Assembly (NCBI GenBank): GCA_947085655.1
Contig: CAMTXH010000014.1
Coordinates: 9,825-73,824, forward strand
Direction of reading: 5' to 3'
DNA length: 64,000 nucleotides
From: an uncultured Omnitrophica bacterium
GTDB taxonomy: Bacteria; Omnitrophota; Gorgyraeia; JACQQV01
Positions 21,701 to 28,216 of this stretch are shown here, in pieces; the stretch's first letter is position 1; each line of letters opens with the position of its first letter. Under the pieces are notes generated by a model. It did not search any database. It saw nothing but the letters and a program-made list of their open reading frames with translations, and was not told where the DNA came from. The position numbers and the translations under genes are program-made.

Positions 21701-24700
21701 CCTTGCAAAAGTCAAAAAAGAAGGTGGCACCCTTTTTGACGAGATTCAGGAGGCACTTGCCGACTCGGACCTTATTGAAGGGCCGGGGGGCGCTCTCCTT
21801 GAAACTCAAGACCCGACGAAAATCGAGGGCATCCGGGCGGATATCCGGGGCCGGATCAAAACCTTCCAAGCGCTTCAGGAGGAATTCTTAAGGACGGATA
21901 ATCCTTACGATGCGATTGAAAATGTCCTTCATGGCCAGAGGCGCGTGCGGGGCCAGTACCAGTTTAGAGCCGAGGTGGTCCAAAGGGTCTCTGAGCGGTT
22001 GAAACACGATCCGGATGTTGCCTCACTCGGCGAGCGGGGGAGGGGAAGCGAGTTTGAGCAATTTGCCGATGCGACGGCCAATGCCCTCATGTACCGGGAG
22101 GGAACCGATTACTTTATCAGAGCAAGGGGCGAGGCCCTTCGGTATTCCACAGGGCGCTTCGGCGTCAACCAACTGGAGACGGTCTTCGGAAACCGGGAGC
22201 TTGGCACAGCGGTCCTCATCAAAGAATACCTGAATCCCGAAAGAAACTTTGTCCGTGCCGGCGAGAGTGTCAATGCCATGGCAAGACGCTTCACGACAAA
22301 CGAAAGCATTCTCAACAGCATTGCCGATAGCTATCTCCACCATGAATTCAACCGGACCACCACCTTGAATGCCCTTGCCTTGGTCGGGCTTGAAAAGACG
22401 ACCTTTGTGACCGGAACAAGCAAAGGGATCCGGCATACCCTTAAGAAAATCGGTGCTTTAGTCTACGCAATCCAGAAGGAATCGCCGATTAAGTATCAGG
22501 AGAATTTGGAGCATGTCTTGGAAGTGCCTGTAGCCAATGAAGGCGACTCGATCAAGGAAGCAGTCAAGCAGGTGAGAAAGGCGCTTGCTGCAAATGCAAA
22601 AGGGGTCAAGATCGTGATTACAGGCGCGGATGGCGCACTTCTTGCGCAGATTCGTGAGGCACTCATCAAGGCAGGCCTCGGCGAACAGCTTCATATTACA
22701 AGAATCCGCGGACAGAAAGGAAGCGCCCATATTACCACAGCGCTTGATGCGGTCCGGAAGCGGTTTGAAAGTCATCCTGACCAGAATCACCTCATCTTGG
22801 TTCCCGATTTTGGCGCCGGGTCCAACCTCTTTGCTTTCATTGAGAATGTTCTCACGGGGGAAAAGATGCCCGGATCTCTCAAGCCGACCATCATTGAAAT
22901 GGGTCTCCGGGGCGAAACCCACCGGCAGCAGCTGGGCGCCCGGATGAACGGCGTTATCAGAGCCGATGTCCAGGGACGTGAAACCGGACGCTTCATCACC
23001 ATTATTAATGAACAGGGCCGGGAGCTGACCGATACCGAGCGGGTAACGCTTGGCCGCATCACCGACCCGGCCAAGCGGGAAGCTTTCTGGAGAGACACCT
23101 CCCGGAGAATGGACCGGGAGATTGATACCCAGAATGTGGTCCGGGTGGTCCAGGTCTCCCTCACGCATGCGGAGAGACGTCTGGTTGAGCACCGGATTTA
23201 CGACCGGGTGGTCAAGGGAGCGCTCGAACGGTCCAAGCGGAGAGCGGAAGTTTCGTTTGAAGAGGCGGTTAAAAATATCACCCAATTTAGAGAAGCACTT
23301 GAAAAACTCGGCATCCCTGTCCTGCTTATCCCGGACGTGGTGAACGCCATTCAAGGGTTCCGGCTCGGGAATCATCGCCTTCTGGACGAGGACGGGAACT
23401 TTACAAAAGAGGGGACCGCATTCCTTCGGCTCATGGATGACCTGATTCAGTTCGATGCTTCGCATGAACTGAAGGAGGACGCTCTTGCGCTCATCGCCAG
23501 CGCAAAGGTCTCTGTGGTCGACAAGCTCCGACAATTGAATGGGGCGGCAGCGACCCTTAGAGAGGCACCGGAGAAATATGCGGCGGATGTGGCCTTTATC
23601 GCTTTAGGGTGGATGGAATATGCGAATTCCTCGGATCCCTTTATGATGGACCCGTTGAGTTTTGCCGGGGCGCGGAATGCTTTCCGGGAGACCTTCAACG
23701 AGGCACTTCTTGCGGTACTCGAGGTTCTTCCGGATGCGATGGCCGAGGATCTGACAGATGAAGAATTCAATGTTCTCTTCGAGGAACTGGTCACCAAGAT
23801 CAAAGAGGTACAGAAGAGCCATAAGGATGTCCCTGCCTTCATGCTGACAGAGAAATTTACTGAACTGGTCCTTGCCCGGATTGACCGCGCCTTGGCAGGG
23901 AATACCTTATCCCCGATCGAGCGGGAGCGTGCGGAACACCTCAAGGGGGCCATTACCGAGCTTTCCGGAAGTCTGATGAAAACGGTGGATGGCAAAGAGG
24001 AGCCGAAAAGTTTTGAAGAGTTTATGTTCACCATGATGCAGATTGCGGCGAAACCGGAATATCCGGAAGTCTCCGCACTCGACCTTTTAAGCGCCATGCA
24101 GCCCTTGATGAGCCACAGCAAACGGGAACAGGCCGGGCATGCGATGGATGCCCTCGGACAGGTGGTGAAGGTCGGCCGGCTCGAAGAACTCGGACTTAAG
24201 GAAGCGGTCCTTGCAAAAATCAGGGAATCCACGAGAGGCGAAAAGATTGATACGGTAGCGGTGCTTCAAAGAGGGCTCACAACGAACGTTCTTGCCGGAC
24301 GGAATTTCCTTCTTGTTTCGCATCGGCCCACCCTGACCGGGAACGGGATGGTCTATCAGTTTGGCACGAGTCCCCTTCAGTACCGGGAGGAAGACGATCG
24401 GCTTATCCTGACAGGGGATAGCCGGGGAACGCGCACGCCAACCGGTGAGCTGGTCAAGGAACCGCCTGTCAAGAAAGTCGCTGTGAGGGAGATTGAGGAT
24501 GAAAAAGTACGGGCTGCCCTCGCGGCTCGCGGCCTTGGGGAAGACGGCGCCGTCCGAGTGGTGAATTACGAAAAAGGCCTCCTCACGGAAACGTATTACC
24601 TTGCTCCGGAGGCGGATCGCATCCTCCATGCAGCGGTGGATATTCCTCTTTATACCGAAGACCTTGCAAGGAGTCTTGGGTTCCTCTTCCCGGGTGCAGG

Positions 24701-27700
24701 AGCACTCAAGAAGGGCGACCGGCTCCTGGTGCATAATTATTACAAAGAAGGAGAAAATCTGGTCCAAAGCGCTGTTTTCGCAAGGGACTCCCTGGGTGGT
24801 GAAAGAAAAATCGGACAGGTTCGGGTTGAGCAGATGCCCTTGAGAGAGTTCAGATTCAGCACCGTACCGGGCCGGGAGAGTCTCTACAGAAGACTCCTCC
24901 GTCACGGCGTTCATTCGGACCAGACGGTGGCGATCCGGACTTTCCAGGATCATCTCGGCAATGATCTGAGCGATGTGGGCGGGGAGAAAATCCTGCATGT
25001 GAGCGCCATTCAAGCGGGCAATGCCGCCCTTCCGACGACGGCGCGCCATCTCTTCGGCAGAGCCGTGACAAGCCAGGTCTCCACCGAAGAGCGGAAGCCC
25101 GGACTCCTTGTGATGGAACTTGACTTCATGCAGAAGGACTCGATTGACATGCGGAACGACTCGCCCACCGGAGAAGTCGAGAATTTTGAAAGTCAGGTCA
25201 GCATCAACTATCATCCCGGGCTGATGGACGCCTTTGAAAACCGGTTCGGATTCGACCCGGAGAGCAGCCATACCGTTGCAGGCGTTGACAAGAAACTCTA
25301 TCTATTCCTCTCCCTCTTTTACCGGATGAATATCCACGAGTTCCGCGGACACCTACGGTTTGAGAGCCCCGTCCTGAAAGAGGCAGTGGCAAAAGAACTG
25401 GGTCTTACATCACGCATCCTGACGGAGGATCTCCTGAAAGAAATTTTGGCAAAGAAGGATCAACTCGGAATCACGGTGGTTCCATCCGAAGCGCGTCCCG
25501 GCATCTTGGAAATCCGGCTTCGAAACGGGGATGTTTTGGTCGGGTTGGATGATTCCAACAACATTGCGACGCTCGGCACGGAATTGACGGATGCAAACGG
25601 GCGCTTCAGCGGATTCAAGCATTTTGACAGCCACGGCTCCTACAAGATTCAGACCAGCGAGCGGATCGCGGAGACTCTGAGCGGCGCGCATTACCGGGCG
25701 ACCGATCATGCGGCCCGCTTCATGTGGTTCTTCGGTCTGAAGCAGGAGCAGCACAGCGCTGACCGGATTGACCAGAATATCGAGGAGATGGTCCATCGGT
25801 ACGGTGCGCGCGAGGCGGATGATTATCTCTCTCTTATTCATGATCCGGTATTGAAGGAAGATGTGAAGCATGTGACCAAGCGCTTCAGCGAGGGCCACTT
25901 CAAATCACTTGATGAACAGAGAACACACCGCCTGGCGCGCTACTACGGGGTTGAGCCGGAGCGTTCCCTGACGCCTCCTGAGCCGCCCAAGACCCGCCTT
26001 GAGAGCGGACATTCCATCCTGGATATTCCGGCGATGGTTCCGATGATCATGTCGATCGGTCAGGGTCTGATGGTCGTGGACCGGGGAACCTACGATAGGA
26101 TCAAAGGCGATTATGAAATAGAGAAACTGGCCGATCCGAACTCGCCGTTTGTGCGGGTGATGTCCCTTTTCTTTGAAACAGACACGATTGATTTGGGCAA
26201 CCTTCAGAGTGCGGTTGAAGCGCGGCTTAGCCGACTCGGAGAGCTTTCCATTGCGGATCGTCGCGCCCTCTCCGAACGGCTGACTTCACTCTACCAGGTC
26301 ATTGAAGGGGCCCGGCTCCTTGCCTCCGCCTTCCGGTCCGGTCCAACCGCTGAGCGGGATGCCTTGGTCTATGAAGTGGGGCAGGCCCTTGAAGCGCTTA
26401 TCCGGCAGGTTGCGCACATTGAGGTGGGTGAGGGGATGTTGTTTGAGACAAGATCGTTACTTTCCGCCCTCCGGACCTTTGCGCTCATCTTTAGGGATGA
26501 CAAGGCGTTTGGGCAGGCGTTTAACCGGATGGCCTTCTTCTTCGACAAACAGGGCGGACGGCTCCTGAATGACAGGGAGCTTTCGGCACTCATCCGGAGC
26601 CGCGGAAAGAATATCTTCGACGGAGGCGCATTCCCGATCGAGAAATTCGTTACGTTCTATAATGAAATGTTGAGCCGGGGCATCAAACCGAACGAGGCGG
26701 AACAGGCAGTTTTAAGCATCCTCACGCTGAAAGACCTCATCGACCGGGATCTTAAGACGGGTCGTTACTTTGTCAAACACCCGGAGAATCCCGGCTCCAT
26801 TGCCGCATTCGACCGGAGCAAATCAAGCGATGAATCCTCGTTCATCCTCGCTGTGCATGAAATCATTCATACGTTCCAGCATACCCATAAGCCGCTCATG
26901 GATGCGTTGAGGAACTACCACCGATCGCTTGCCAATCGGACAGTGACGGTTCAGGGGAAAGCCATGAACGGTCTTGAGGTTGTGAAGATGGTCCTGAGCG
27001 CCAACGGAGAATATAAAACCAGCGATCCGGAACTTATCGTGAGAGAATTCCACGCCCACTTCCGCGAGCCGCGGCAGTTCCTCGGGAAGTTGCAGGGCAA
27101 GCTTGACCAGAATGCCCGTCGCTTTATCGAAGAGATCCGGTTAGAGCTGAGACAGCTGGAAGCGCCGTTCCTTGCGGAGGTGCTGGGTGTTGCAGGAGAA
27201 GAGGCGGCAGCGGCTGTTCGGGATGCAGGGGTCAAAATCACGAATTTTGAGTCGATGCAGCATACGGGCGGCCAGGAACTCAAGACACTTCCGCTTCTTC
27301 CGGGTGCACCGCCAAAACCGTCGATTCCGATGTCGTTCAATTTGCCTAAGATCAACATAGGCCTTGAGGTCATTCCGGTGGATGAGGATAATGACGACCA
27401 GTTTGTGTTCGATGGCAATGTCGTTCAACTCGCATCAGTCCGTTCTGCCAAACGGGCCTTTGCTCAGGAAGGACCGGTGGCGACGGAGCAACCGACGCGG
27501 ACGCGGTGGGTGGAGGAGGCAGAGGCGAAAACCGCTCAGGCAAAACCGGTTCAACTGAGCGAGATGCGGCCCAAACAGGAAGCGGTCCCGCCTGAGATGC
27601 GCGAATGGTTCGTCGTCGGTGAGATTGCCAGAAAAAGCGGCGGCATTCCGGCCGAGGGACGGAAAACCATCCAGAAAATCCTCCGGGCGAATCCCGAGGC

Positions 27701-28025
27701 GCGCGACCTTCTCTATGATCATATCGACCGGATTGAACTTCCGAAACATTTCCAGGAAGGGATCCAGCAGGGAGAACTGAGGCCGGCGGAACTTCTGAAA
27801 CTTCTGATTCTCGTGAGCCGTATTCACAAAGCGGGCGTGCTTGACGGGGTGAAGATTAACGGAGTCAACATCACGGACGTGCAGAAATTCTTCGAGGGAT
27901 ACGGAATCGGAGAAATTCCGATCACAGCGATGGACCTTCTTCTTTTCCTGAATGCTGCAAAGGGCGCCCTCAATGCAGAACTCTTTGTGGAAAAAGTGAA
28001 GGTAGAACTTTTGCGGAACGTCTAA
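6768..28025 (+). CDS. Giant membrane-anchored YD-repeat protein (7,085 aa from ATG 6768), teneurin/RHS-like shell followed by polytopic membrane regions, tandem repeats and two HExxH motifs
   Basis: Uninterrupted 21.3 kb reading frame; the track gives 6750..28025 with a TTG at 6750. The first ATG at 6768 lies 1 nt after the upstream TAA, consistent with translational coupling. Near the N-terminus there is one hydrophobic helix (LKPILGALALVVAELFFVTQVAWAL). Many canonical YD repeats lie between about 7980 and 10580 (FGYDDRGRLVTRD, FEYDEEGRISQSL, FEYDEQGNVIGYRQI, YDMRGRLIRQT, YNRSGQVTGYEM, RYDGFGRKVGE, YGYDQLGRIAWEE). Features are then Gly/Ala-rich hydrophobic helices, tandem repeats, and HEVGH and HEIIH motifs. 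Confidence 0.8.
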   Translation: MKNNLLDHNLDVARIEERDTSIQKWQTPRLKPILGALALVVAELFFVTQVAWALDLNHINAFKRQFRQRTLEMQRMMLPQQMDRKRQEQQAALDRKNLVIENFGNTDSSFLALADVESQPLTEDSVPRPVYRLGEEEKDDRKVIQLARGPLVGVEVLGRTTDEAGFGHVTLRTEDGALKDATIGSSLFTKVPAKEKKPVAPGTYLAEGLAGGAGLLEARETLGGELITSLSPILHMREETPEKASLRETIQRQTQVAESETVLPETSSTLPVDIDTFKDEYGQIPVIDARTGKAKTSFEKYIDSLSELFHAAGRAALKAFLEEAEELENIERTDPEAARIAKAHLTGKRERDGQEPPNPGQQDTPRDRFQFSSSGNAQFDAFLQNLTEEMERRLAEGPETTKDSYTYVAKEVGVKFDADGNVVSTYTRYVKKTFTLHRGELRLIGRTTTTNYENADGTTGTKVEMAKFGYDDRGRLVTRDIEILLNGFVYDEDLERVTGPFNNFRMTLHQQAIRDEEGQIVKFISVSTVGDIENRYVLEIEERDTAYQKTRWKETTTVTNLRTGEVRTTETEGHATGFDDQGRATGFEINEHVFGGQDDYFRTITIEGIVYGRDNEWVSFRRTIETDGFVGLPDGGGEMVHRREVYDHWVDSETGDAMITTRVYENGVLIDTTTYRQSEMPEYMALYLDGRFVALAPLLGINFETFVNGTLDAQNFLTAMGISMPLETLLGLTGDSELAAAFAQMDPDAVDALVAGALMALLFEVVKTYAENVGQDIADEEAENRRTKVINNFVDRMPDHLKAAARQIAENLFDNLADVLADIQQDPAKMDALIGRLRDAGLTGNLSKVELRSMGYTETVMSSTSDIIERRTVIFEYDEEGRISQSLERVHRFGRDNDGKVIDQTYSIERSDYRYSENGVLIGYRETLIGVNENGEVTPGLKVERDVTPEYGPDGRLIRMTSVNTYSITDERRAEVQAGIDAIDRRVAEIKAKLKGKVGYKELIKLRNELKVLEERKKRLAAERDAEPFTRKTVQDRFEYDEQGNVIGYRQITRDAEGNVVDHNEVSGIYIHPVTQNVVRQIRTTYVRDGVTLEKPEVRTEYNKQYDMRGRLIRQTIEQDGKTFVEAFKYNRLDQLIWSRNQQGITSNYTYNRSGQVTGYEMHFFEGETKYVKVYNIRYDGFGRKVGETRRAYIENKDVKGWQTTTVTYGYDQLGRIAWEETHSVFKGNTKKGDHKVTIKEGWRTTYTYGPNGQEKRERRLYYDQEIKRGFWANVVHNLFGGFVFDAIAEIFEAFGWEKGANFVRQITPILQMVGIMIAAILAAPFSGGQSLTFGMMLGNALFVAAVTGAAAFMMNVANGMSVKDALIAFAKGLALAVVTAGLMQGLEAFASVIDSIARLGWDILTTIPKLIGIALKFVKDVGTKIYDALNTAYTKTLRKFIEKFGGTAGATGGMITLSTAGKIMQDVVRQLVTAAFMQIKLLRDSDTAKLLTLFALGAYFGNVVNSFILPIGQEMIQGNNPEDMGYAVYALYAFNVGLQASGGDFLNLFRNAAGELSAVVSKGAFIAQSLYQALQDQLLAELGEALKPDVILKTDDYGNVLEKKKGDLSLGDNILISIARSLTGYEMFTAIRHFTFGKGPLIEKQATPGGKYQTLQFNTFGDFLKGRASHIAFWSGLPDPADPKKLIFGSQQMAISRLGGQTQIQYFNSLFEGGAKPFRTDLLNPGGKSTISLHTYKPDGTQVTYRTDFFQNNKPVATELYSEDHTVRINHLDNTVTVVGRGVIPIPIYPIFPFVQFTFPQAIANTQLDGPFLRIQGKNGDIATYDLNKVMEGWGENIVPLTTATFDKKGQPTFTYHPEGLSERTFSSEAFRNQLPEALRDVEITRDRLDIRFGTQVYVYADNEKSKLLFIHDLASGWTLVEGREKNDVDLYVSAAGGPKSVRQSLPELFKHIELNLKNIQMQQTAAGPLLTIFDAVKGQGILSLDLEGGELAVSFIHPQGLEIALGNQTGQVLHEWNAAHPENQIDPNRLDANAAKNLFSFFSEKLSQLQNPDMDMAEREVRVNQIRPLVQLLIARMGELEGLLGSDEIQTLKNSITTFYQIAIQVVEYKISAVQKTISILKENATGPGAADYQNHLQKLETQLVQATNALTHLEDSIDQNHFDAADVFLSNAMNLPSLLTLRSEAAGLLYKQGGIQEGRVNALKTLLKLYEAELKEARSTAAPDTTRIEDLTKAISYLNSAINTGLISPELQNILLTPQRRVRLLLSQALPELLRTQAAGGDITKLKADLLAKAEEISPAFRERLENVIRISAGITSPEMEKLSSEARAERVVNITRTELIPAVLELNRFLETQGYLLYAVPSADGRRVESRVLDINEIRRYKITLNGKTHEFRVFFVTYPGADSGVPGGALHDLETRLSHYGYSMGDYNVVLQDNLGRFVEVINDSTFRDVEGQRLEGLVAGQALTVAGYQVIANLTADHEVGHAVERLLGHIDPTDAPAQETAAYFRELAGAETFQEAWGSLKDLWGMAKHGPEGAPHTIAARNVLRALYTRLAQKEGGDFNDLSTHPKFQRVLMRLAEANLDGFRSLIGEGYEAHFGRALVQPELEEGSTIPNRPVSLEAVGLALNTADDTFITRAESAYNRLGAFTDDIITAINNNDLDAAKGLLQSSGAFVTDITAFFNEVSSVMDALSHVPSSIFGEQMSPEETANLSRTLRQLGDIVAEEELTLSQAQRSPTLRMTDSDSIPVAAVVNAVNAAEVIHEDDTITKPGSVKTADGTSVNYNEHRHLQIQNNDTQTLTTIDRYFQGEKLVYLQVSVKDLVTGRITNFAYTGTMELNKSGGLNLIDAKVFRTYTTLATLNGVRQEVLIEEISIIKDNELISSNQVLKSLEGIPLGTLDPQELQNQLNGVDASGAALRFTALDDPKNLGEIEGLRGREKLLTLYEVTRTVETEEGPKTETFHVLANDDFSEQFRVEITRQGDAIQITKVIYDSVVDPLTGNITVPFEVLENGKFVSDRFEYARLSDPKNLASAELKLKAEGFLEVSGLHLYKLTRIHGTQQVGEASYVLATQDLSEQYGIRLGKNGQIKSIQVQFKTEGNNKKVTSLDFENGEFVVTERFFGRKSAANLSSAQKIPLLAGFHLYEVTETVKLANGSIRRGETSMVMANDDLSDIYGVTMEGRQIEAIHISFERHAEGATSRSFIFDKGRFEDTISKYTLSDLAVEKLPEAIAALKAAEGLKIEGKLSLYLLEQTVDGKKEAPAFVLVNDQFTQQFGVSLNEERTRVIGGQISFDRKTLTGRALVLNEKTGQFDDVISHYTKLDLVLGNLPEAERRLGVGALTVYKLNRIVNGVEEDPSYVLINSDFNRQYSVELNETQTEITRIPLGSKKDPKTGNIIVTSLDVINGEFHDVETHHLNTLFNRRDLEVYRSRMREAGYSPEDFTLYEVVKYIDGKRQPQSPTQHSAALLPAHVPTIPLANLFEADGRQFILLSNDFNKQYGVNFRSGKIESLNFRTEGENGAFTITTWTPNKKGGIDEHLDLYAPVFFDESSLGVFRDRNVIGSDQHTLYKVIQKLNGAVQADFHLLVNEDFSKQFVATLEGDRITSLMLRTEDTDTFKLTTFTLSGNEIIETSAIFNKKTGELIRVESPYAERLQTLESLVAQRDYLNALILYLTASSDARDTPGQDGRDAQVVLHRQELARIEIQIAEAQDLVAADLLESLKAQGYDTTRLTRENVVFVNNDRSPKLTVDITSEKEVGGRNQVIKIEPNAIFGIDAQTGGYAVHTGVLRVGNLKLAYRDFNPEIPAPQDDQKPQAGEMVSTGITQVELDVDENNNYWVTGRIEVKDFARLLVVPGSRIALLGNQQAIILGDTFDPATSEIGRVIVIEFDSRLGEDGKTPIGAVARDITGEVLAAQETFRQKRTMPQRYSAGFDGMVDDERAAAPRFDSDVAPNFDIVPSDAGTGRELNTARELVNANIGGDTVRAMPVLDASIGRIFVQAMKVVWGNVVIRLGKEFHNRGWIESGEALAREGQMNQAVLGGPWKQALAKPGILPAITSFLSGFAFFALAMPQFIAEFVGKPWELIKKTLDPNSPDFILTSMARTFAQDLKTNVWFGLGELAVFGASFAVGGFLKGAGLFRVMKQAAKAHNRPALAARALGESITAGVSYGIRSALMLPVHLVTFPITMTLGIIGKGLQFAGVMRLGKLFNALGGNALRSYLANFSLNHPIAFVRANGFFGNVSAFMNQFRFADASPERLLESQAEAYLLQKTAAEMLKGGNNWIQKKSLQLALQHFTKQLGRIDTAILQLAGQRGELDRLIDLGSGRGNELFGQRISNLEPLANLMQRAANFYFGELLRTAGHAESVSVFGELLQRGMMPETIREAVLDALNGGGAGPRRIAGIEIVNTSVLRGILNLAQKFNNTLRLPERVQQLAFDQFVYEMVRTMPGYSPQDIRTIIDGEGKPIDLLLPGGDANYSRVYRTVRLSNGQEVEVTPVRLAAARRIYEVQGERAANLLFEGLFRGLRNPAEILNRLNALGKIIFDPANYGKTLREILPAELMPRLLRGSPLADYRLTPQSHLFKLLHTKLESYNSRFGNKPSLFNLGNPYRDFWKPVTSTSSGKSAPGEYGGTPEQVRTQFESQMNAAENHRAKAKEWAKANGVPESQAEAKWLRSELKRVKLTGREIRHAVRQYRQNPAGLQEFLNGLRRTELLTPDGRVNPEGLRNHALAEVVDLLVNVYPDFKLDRRGSGDQLTFLYLITERDFLRLNGESVPTALLQLVQGGGKTLGVLIGKEAAYSLHLKQKPNASFHDLIVTSRDQLAFQYFKEGSLERRVIDHMRDTLGVEIRNVSSKEVQNVENIGPVGPRSLLVMDNYNFKRLSMSLTKLYQEKEALQPKLLAKEKEIEIAGQDLRATEAQYRANTGRNIPSLLDAASELGTARRTVVGRQADWYQIATRLKEVEAKIEDHYLAKVKKEGGTLFDEIQEALADSDLIEGPGGALLETQDPTKIEGIRADIRGRIKTFQALQEEFLRTDNPYDAIENVLHGQRRVRGQYQFRAEVVQRVSERLKHDPDVASLGERGRGSEFEQFADATANALMYREGTDYFIRARGEALRYSTGRFGVNQLETVFGNRELGTAVLIKEYLNPERNFVRAGESVNAMARRFTTNESILNSIADSYLHHEFNRTTTLNALALVGLEKTTFVTGTSKGIRHTLKKIGALVYAIQKESPIKYQENLEHVLEVPVANEGDSIKEAVKQVRKALAANAKGVKIVITGADGALLAQIREALIKAGLGEQLHITRIRGQKGSAHITTALDAVRKRFESHPDQNHLILVPDFGAGSNLFAFIENVLTGEKMPGSLKPTIIEMGLRGETHRQQLGARMNGVIRADVQGRETGRFITIINEQGRELTDTERVTLGRITDPAKREAFWRDTSRRMDREIDTQNVVRVVQVSLTHAERRLVEHRIYDRVVKGALERSKRRAEVSFEEAVKNITQFREALEKLGIPVLLIPDVVNAIQGFRLGNHRLLDEDGNFTKEGTAFLRLMDDLIQFDASHELKEDALALIASAKVSVVDKLRQLNGAAATLREAPEKYAADVAFIALGWMEYANSSDPFMMDPLSFAGARNAFRETFNEALLAVLEVLPDAMAEDLTDEEFNVLFEELVTKIKEVQKSHKDVPAFMLTEKFTELVLARIDRALAGNTLSPIERERAEHLKGAITELSGSLMKTVDGKEEPKSFEEFMFTMMQIAAKPEYPEVSALDLLSAMQPLMSHSKREQAGHAMDALGQVVKVGRLEELGLKEAVLAKIRESTRGEKIDTVAVLQRGLTTNVLAGRNFLLVSHRPTLTGNGMVYQFGTSPLQYREEDDRLILTGDSRGTRTPTGELVKEPPVKKVAVREIEDEKVRAALAARGLGEDGAVRVVNYEKGLLTETYYLAPEADRILHAAVDIPLYTEDLARSLGFLFPGAGALKKGDRLLVHNYYKEGENLVQSAVFARDSLGGERKIGQVRVEQMPLREFRFSTVPGRESLYRRLLRHGVHSDQTVAIRTFQDHLGNDLSDVGGEKILHVSAIQAGNAALPTTARHLFGRAVTSQVSTEERKPGLLVMELDFMQKDSIDMRNDSPTGEVENFESQVSINYHPGLMDAFENRFGFDPESSHTVAGVDKKLYLFLSLFYRMNIHEFRGHLRFESPVLKEAVAKELGLTSRILTEDLLKEILAKKDQLGITVVPSEARPGILEIRLRNGDVLVGLDDSNNIATLGTELTDANGRFSGFKHFDSHGSYKIQTSERIAETLSGAHYRATDHAARFMWFFGLKQEQHSADRIDQNIEEMVHRYGAREADDYLSLIHDPVLKEDVKHVTKRFSEGHFKSLDEQRTHRLARYYGVEPERSLTPPEPPKTRLESGHSILDIPAMVPMIMSIGQGLMVVDRGTYDRIKGDYEIEKLADPNSPFVRVMSLFFETDTIDLGNLQSAVEARLSRLGELSIADRRALSERLTSLYQVIEGARLLASAFRSGPTAERDALVYEVGQALEALIRQVAHIEVGEGMLFETRSLLSALRTFALIFRDDKAFGQAFNRMAFFFDKQGGRLLNDRELSALIRSRGKNIFDGGAFPIEKFVTFYNEMLSRGIKPNEAEQAVLSILTLKDLIDRDLKTGRYFVKHPENPGSIAAFDRSKSSDESSFILAVHEIIHTFQHTHKPLMDALRNYHRSLANRTVTVQGKAMNGLEVVKMVLSANGEYKTSDPELIVREFHAHFREPRQFLGKLQGKLDQNARRFIEEIRLELRQLEAPFLAEVLGVAGEEAAAAVRDAGVKITNFESMQHTGGQELKTLPLLPGAPPKPSIPMSFNLPKINIGLEVIPVDEDNDDQFVFDGNVVQLASVRSAKRAFAQEGPVATEQPTRTRWVEEAEAKTAQAKPVQLSEMRPKQEAVPPEMREWFVVGEIARKSGGIPAEGRKTIQKILRANPEARDLLYDHIDRIELPKHFQEGIQQGELRPAELLKLLILVSRIHKAGVLDGVKINGVNITDVQKFFEGYGIGEIPITAMDLLLFLNAAKGALNAELFVEKVKVELLRNV
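7980..10580 (+). other. YD/RHS-repeat region of the giant protein
   Basis: At least ten YD motifs of the xYxYDxxGR[LIV] type spaced at about 20-60 aa. A K/E-rich coiled-coil insert (AEIKAKLKGKVGYKELIKLRNELKVLEERKKRLAAERD) lies in the middle. No canonical RHS-core (PxxxxDPxGL) was seen afterwards. Confidence 0.7.
10570..11490 (+). other. Predicted polytopic membrane block 1 of the giant protein (Gly/Ala-rich hydrophobic helices)
   Basis: Roughly 300 aa of successive hydrophobic stretches (FWANVVHNLFGGFVFDAIAEIF, ILQMVGIMIAAILAAPF, FGMMLGNALFVAAVTGAAAFMM, GLALAVVTAGLMQGL, LFALGAYFGNVVNSFILPI, AVYALYAFNVGL) immediately after the last YD repeat. Confidence 0.5.
14216..14254 (+). other. HExxH motif 1 (HEVGHAVERLLGH), candidate zinc-binding or metallopeptidase-like site
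   Basis: The sequence TADHEVGHAVERLLGHID is read directly. It has an HExxH core with a further His 8 residues downstream. The fold cannot be assigned without a profile search. Confidence 0.35.
15598..17750 (+). repeat. Seven tandem degenerate repeats of about 95-120 aa inside the giant gene (L[YS]LY[EK][VL]T...YVL[AV]N[DS]DF[ST]xQ[FY]GV...SLD..NGEF)
   Basis: Successive units begin at LLTLYEVTRT, LHLYKLTRIH, HLYEVTETVK, LSLYLLEQTV, LTVYKLNRIV, LYEVVKYIDG and LYKVIQKLNG. Each has a YVL[AV]NDDFS/QQFGV core and a downstream NGEF motif. Periodicity is about 290-370 nt. Confidence 0.6.
18900..19530 (+). other. Predicted polytopic membrane block 2 of the giant protein
   Basis: Hydrophobic segments ILPAITSFLSGFAFFALAMPQFIAEFVG, WFGLGELAVFGASFAVGGFL, ITAGVSYGIRSALMLPVHLVTFPITMTLGIIGKGLQFAGVM and IAFVRANGFFGNVSAFM. 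Confidence 0.45.
26856..26870 (+). other. HExxH motif 2 (HEIIH) in the C-terminal part of the giant protein
   Basis: SSFILAVHEIIHTFQHTHKP is read directly. HExxH is followed by H-x-H. The context is helix-rich. Confidence 0.3.
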
Positions 28026-28051
28026 ATCAACGGGGGCTCCAAGGCGTTTTC

Positions 28052-28095
28052 CGAAAGCCGGGTGAACTAAAAATTCATCCGGCTTTTGTTTTCCT
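28052..28095. terminator. Putative rho-independent terminator after the 7,085-aa gene
   Basis: Inverted repeat AAAGCCGG (28054-28061) and CCGGCTTT (28079-28086) with a 17-nt loop, followed by TTTGTTTTCC. Lies 27 nt after the stop. Confidence 0.35.
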
Positions 28096-28186
28096 TAAAA
28101 ATAAACAAAGTTTCAAATTGAAACAAAGTTTTTTAATGTAAATATTTTAAAATAAACATCTTAAAATGTTAAACGAAACAAATTCT

Positions 28187-28216
28187 TGTTTAAAAAAGAG
28201 CATTTCGTGATATACT
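28187..28216 (+). promoter_or_regulatory. Candidate sigma70-like promoter (-35 TTGTTT, -10 TATACT) in the AT-rich intergenic region upstream of the 6,100-aa gene
   Basis: TTGTTT at 28187-28192 and TATACT at 28211-28216 with an 18-nt spacer. The surrounding 231 bp is strikingly AT-rich compared with the coding DNA and carries repeated AAACAAAG motifs (28103, 28121, 28171). Confidence 0.3.
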
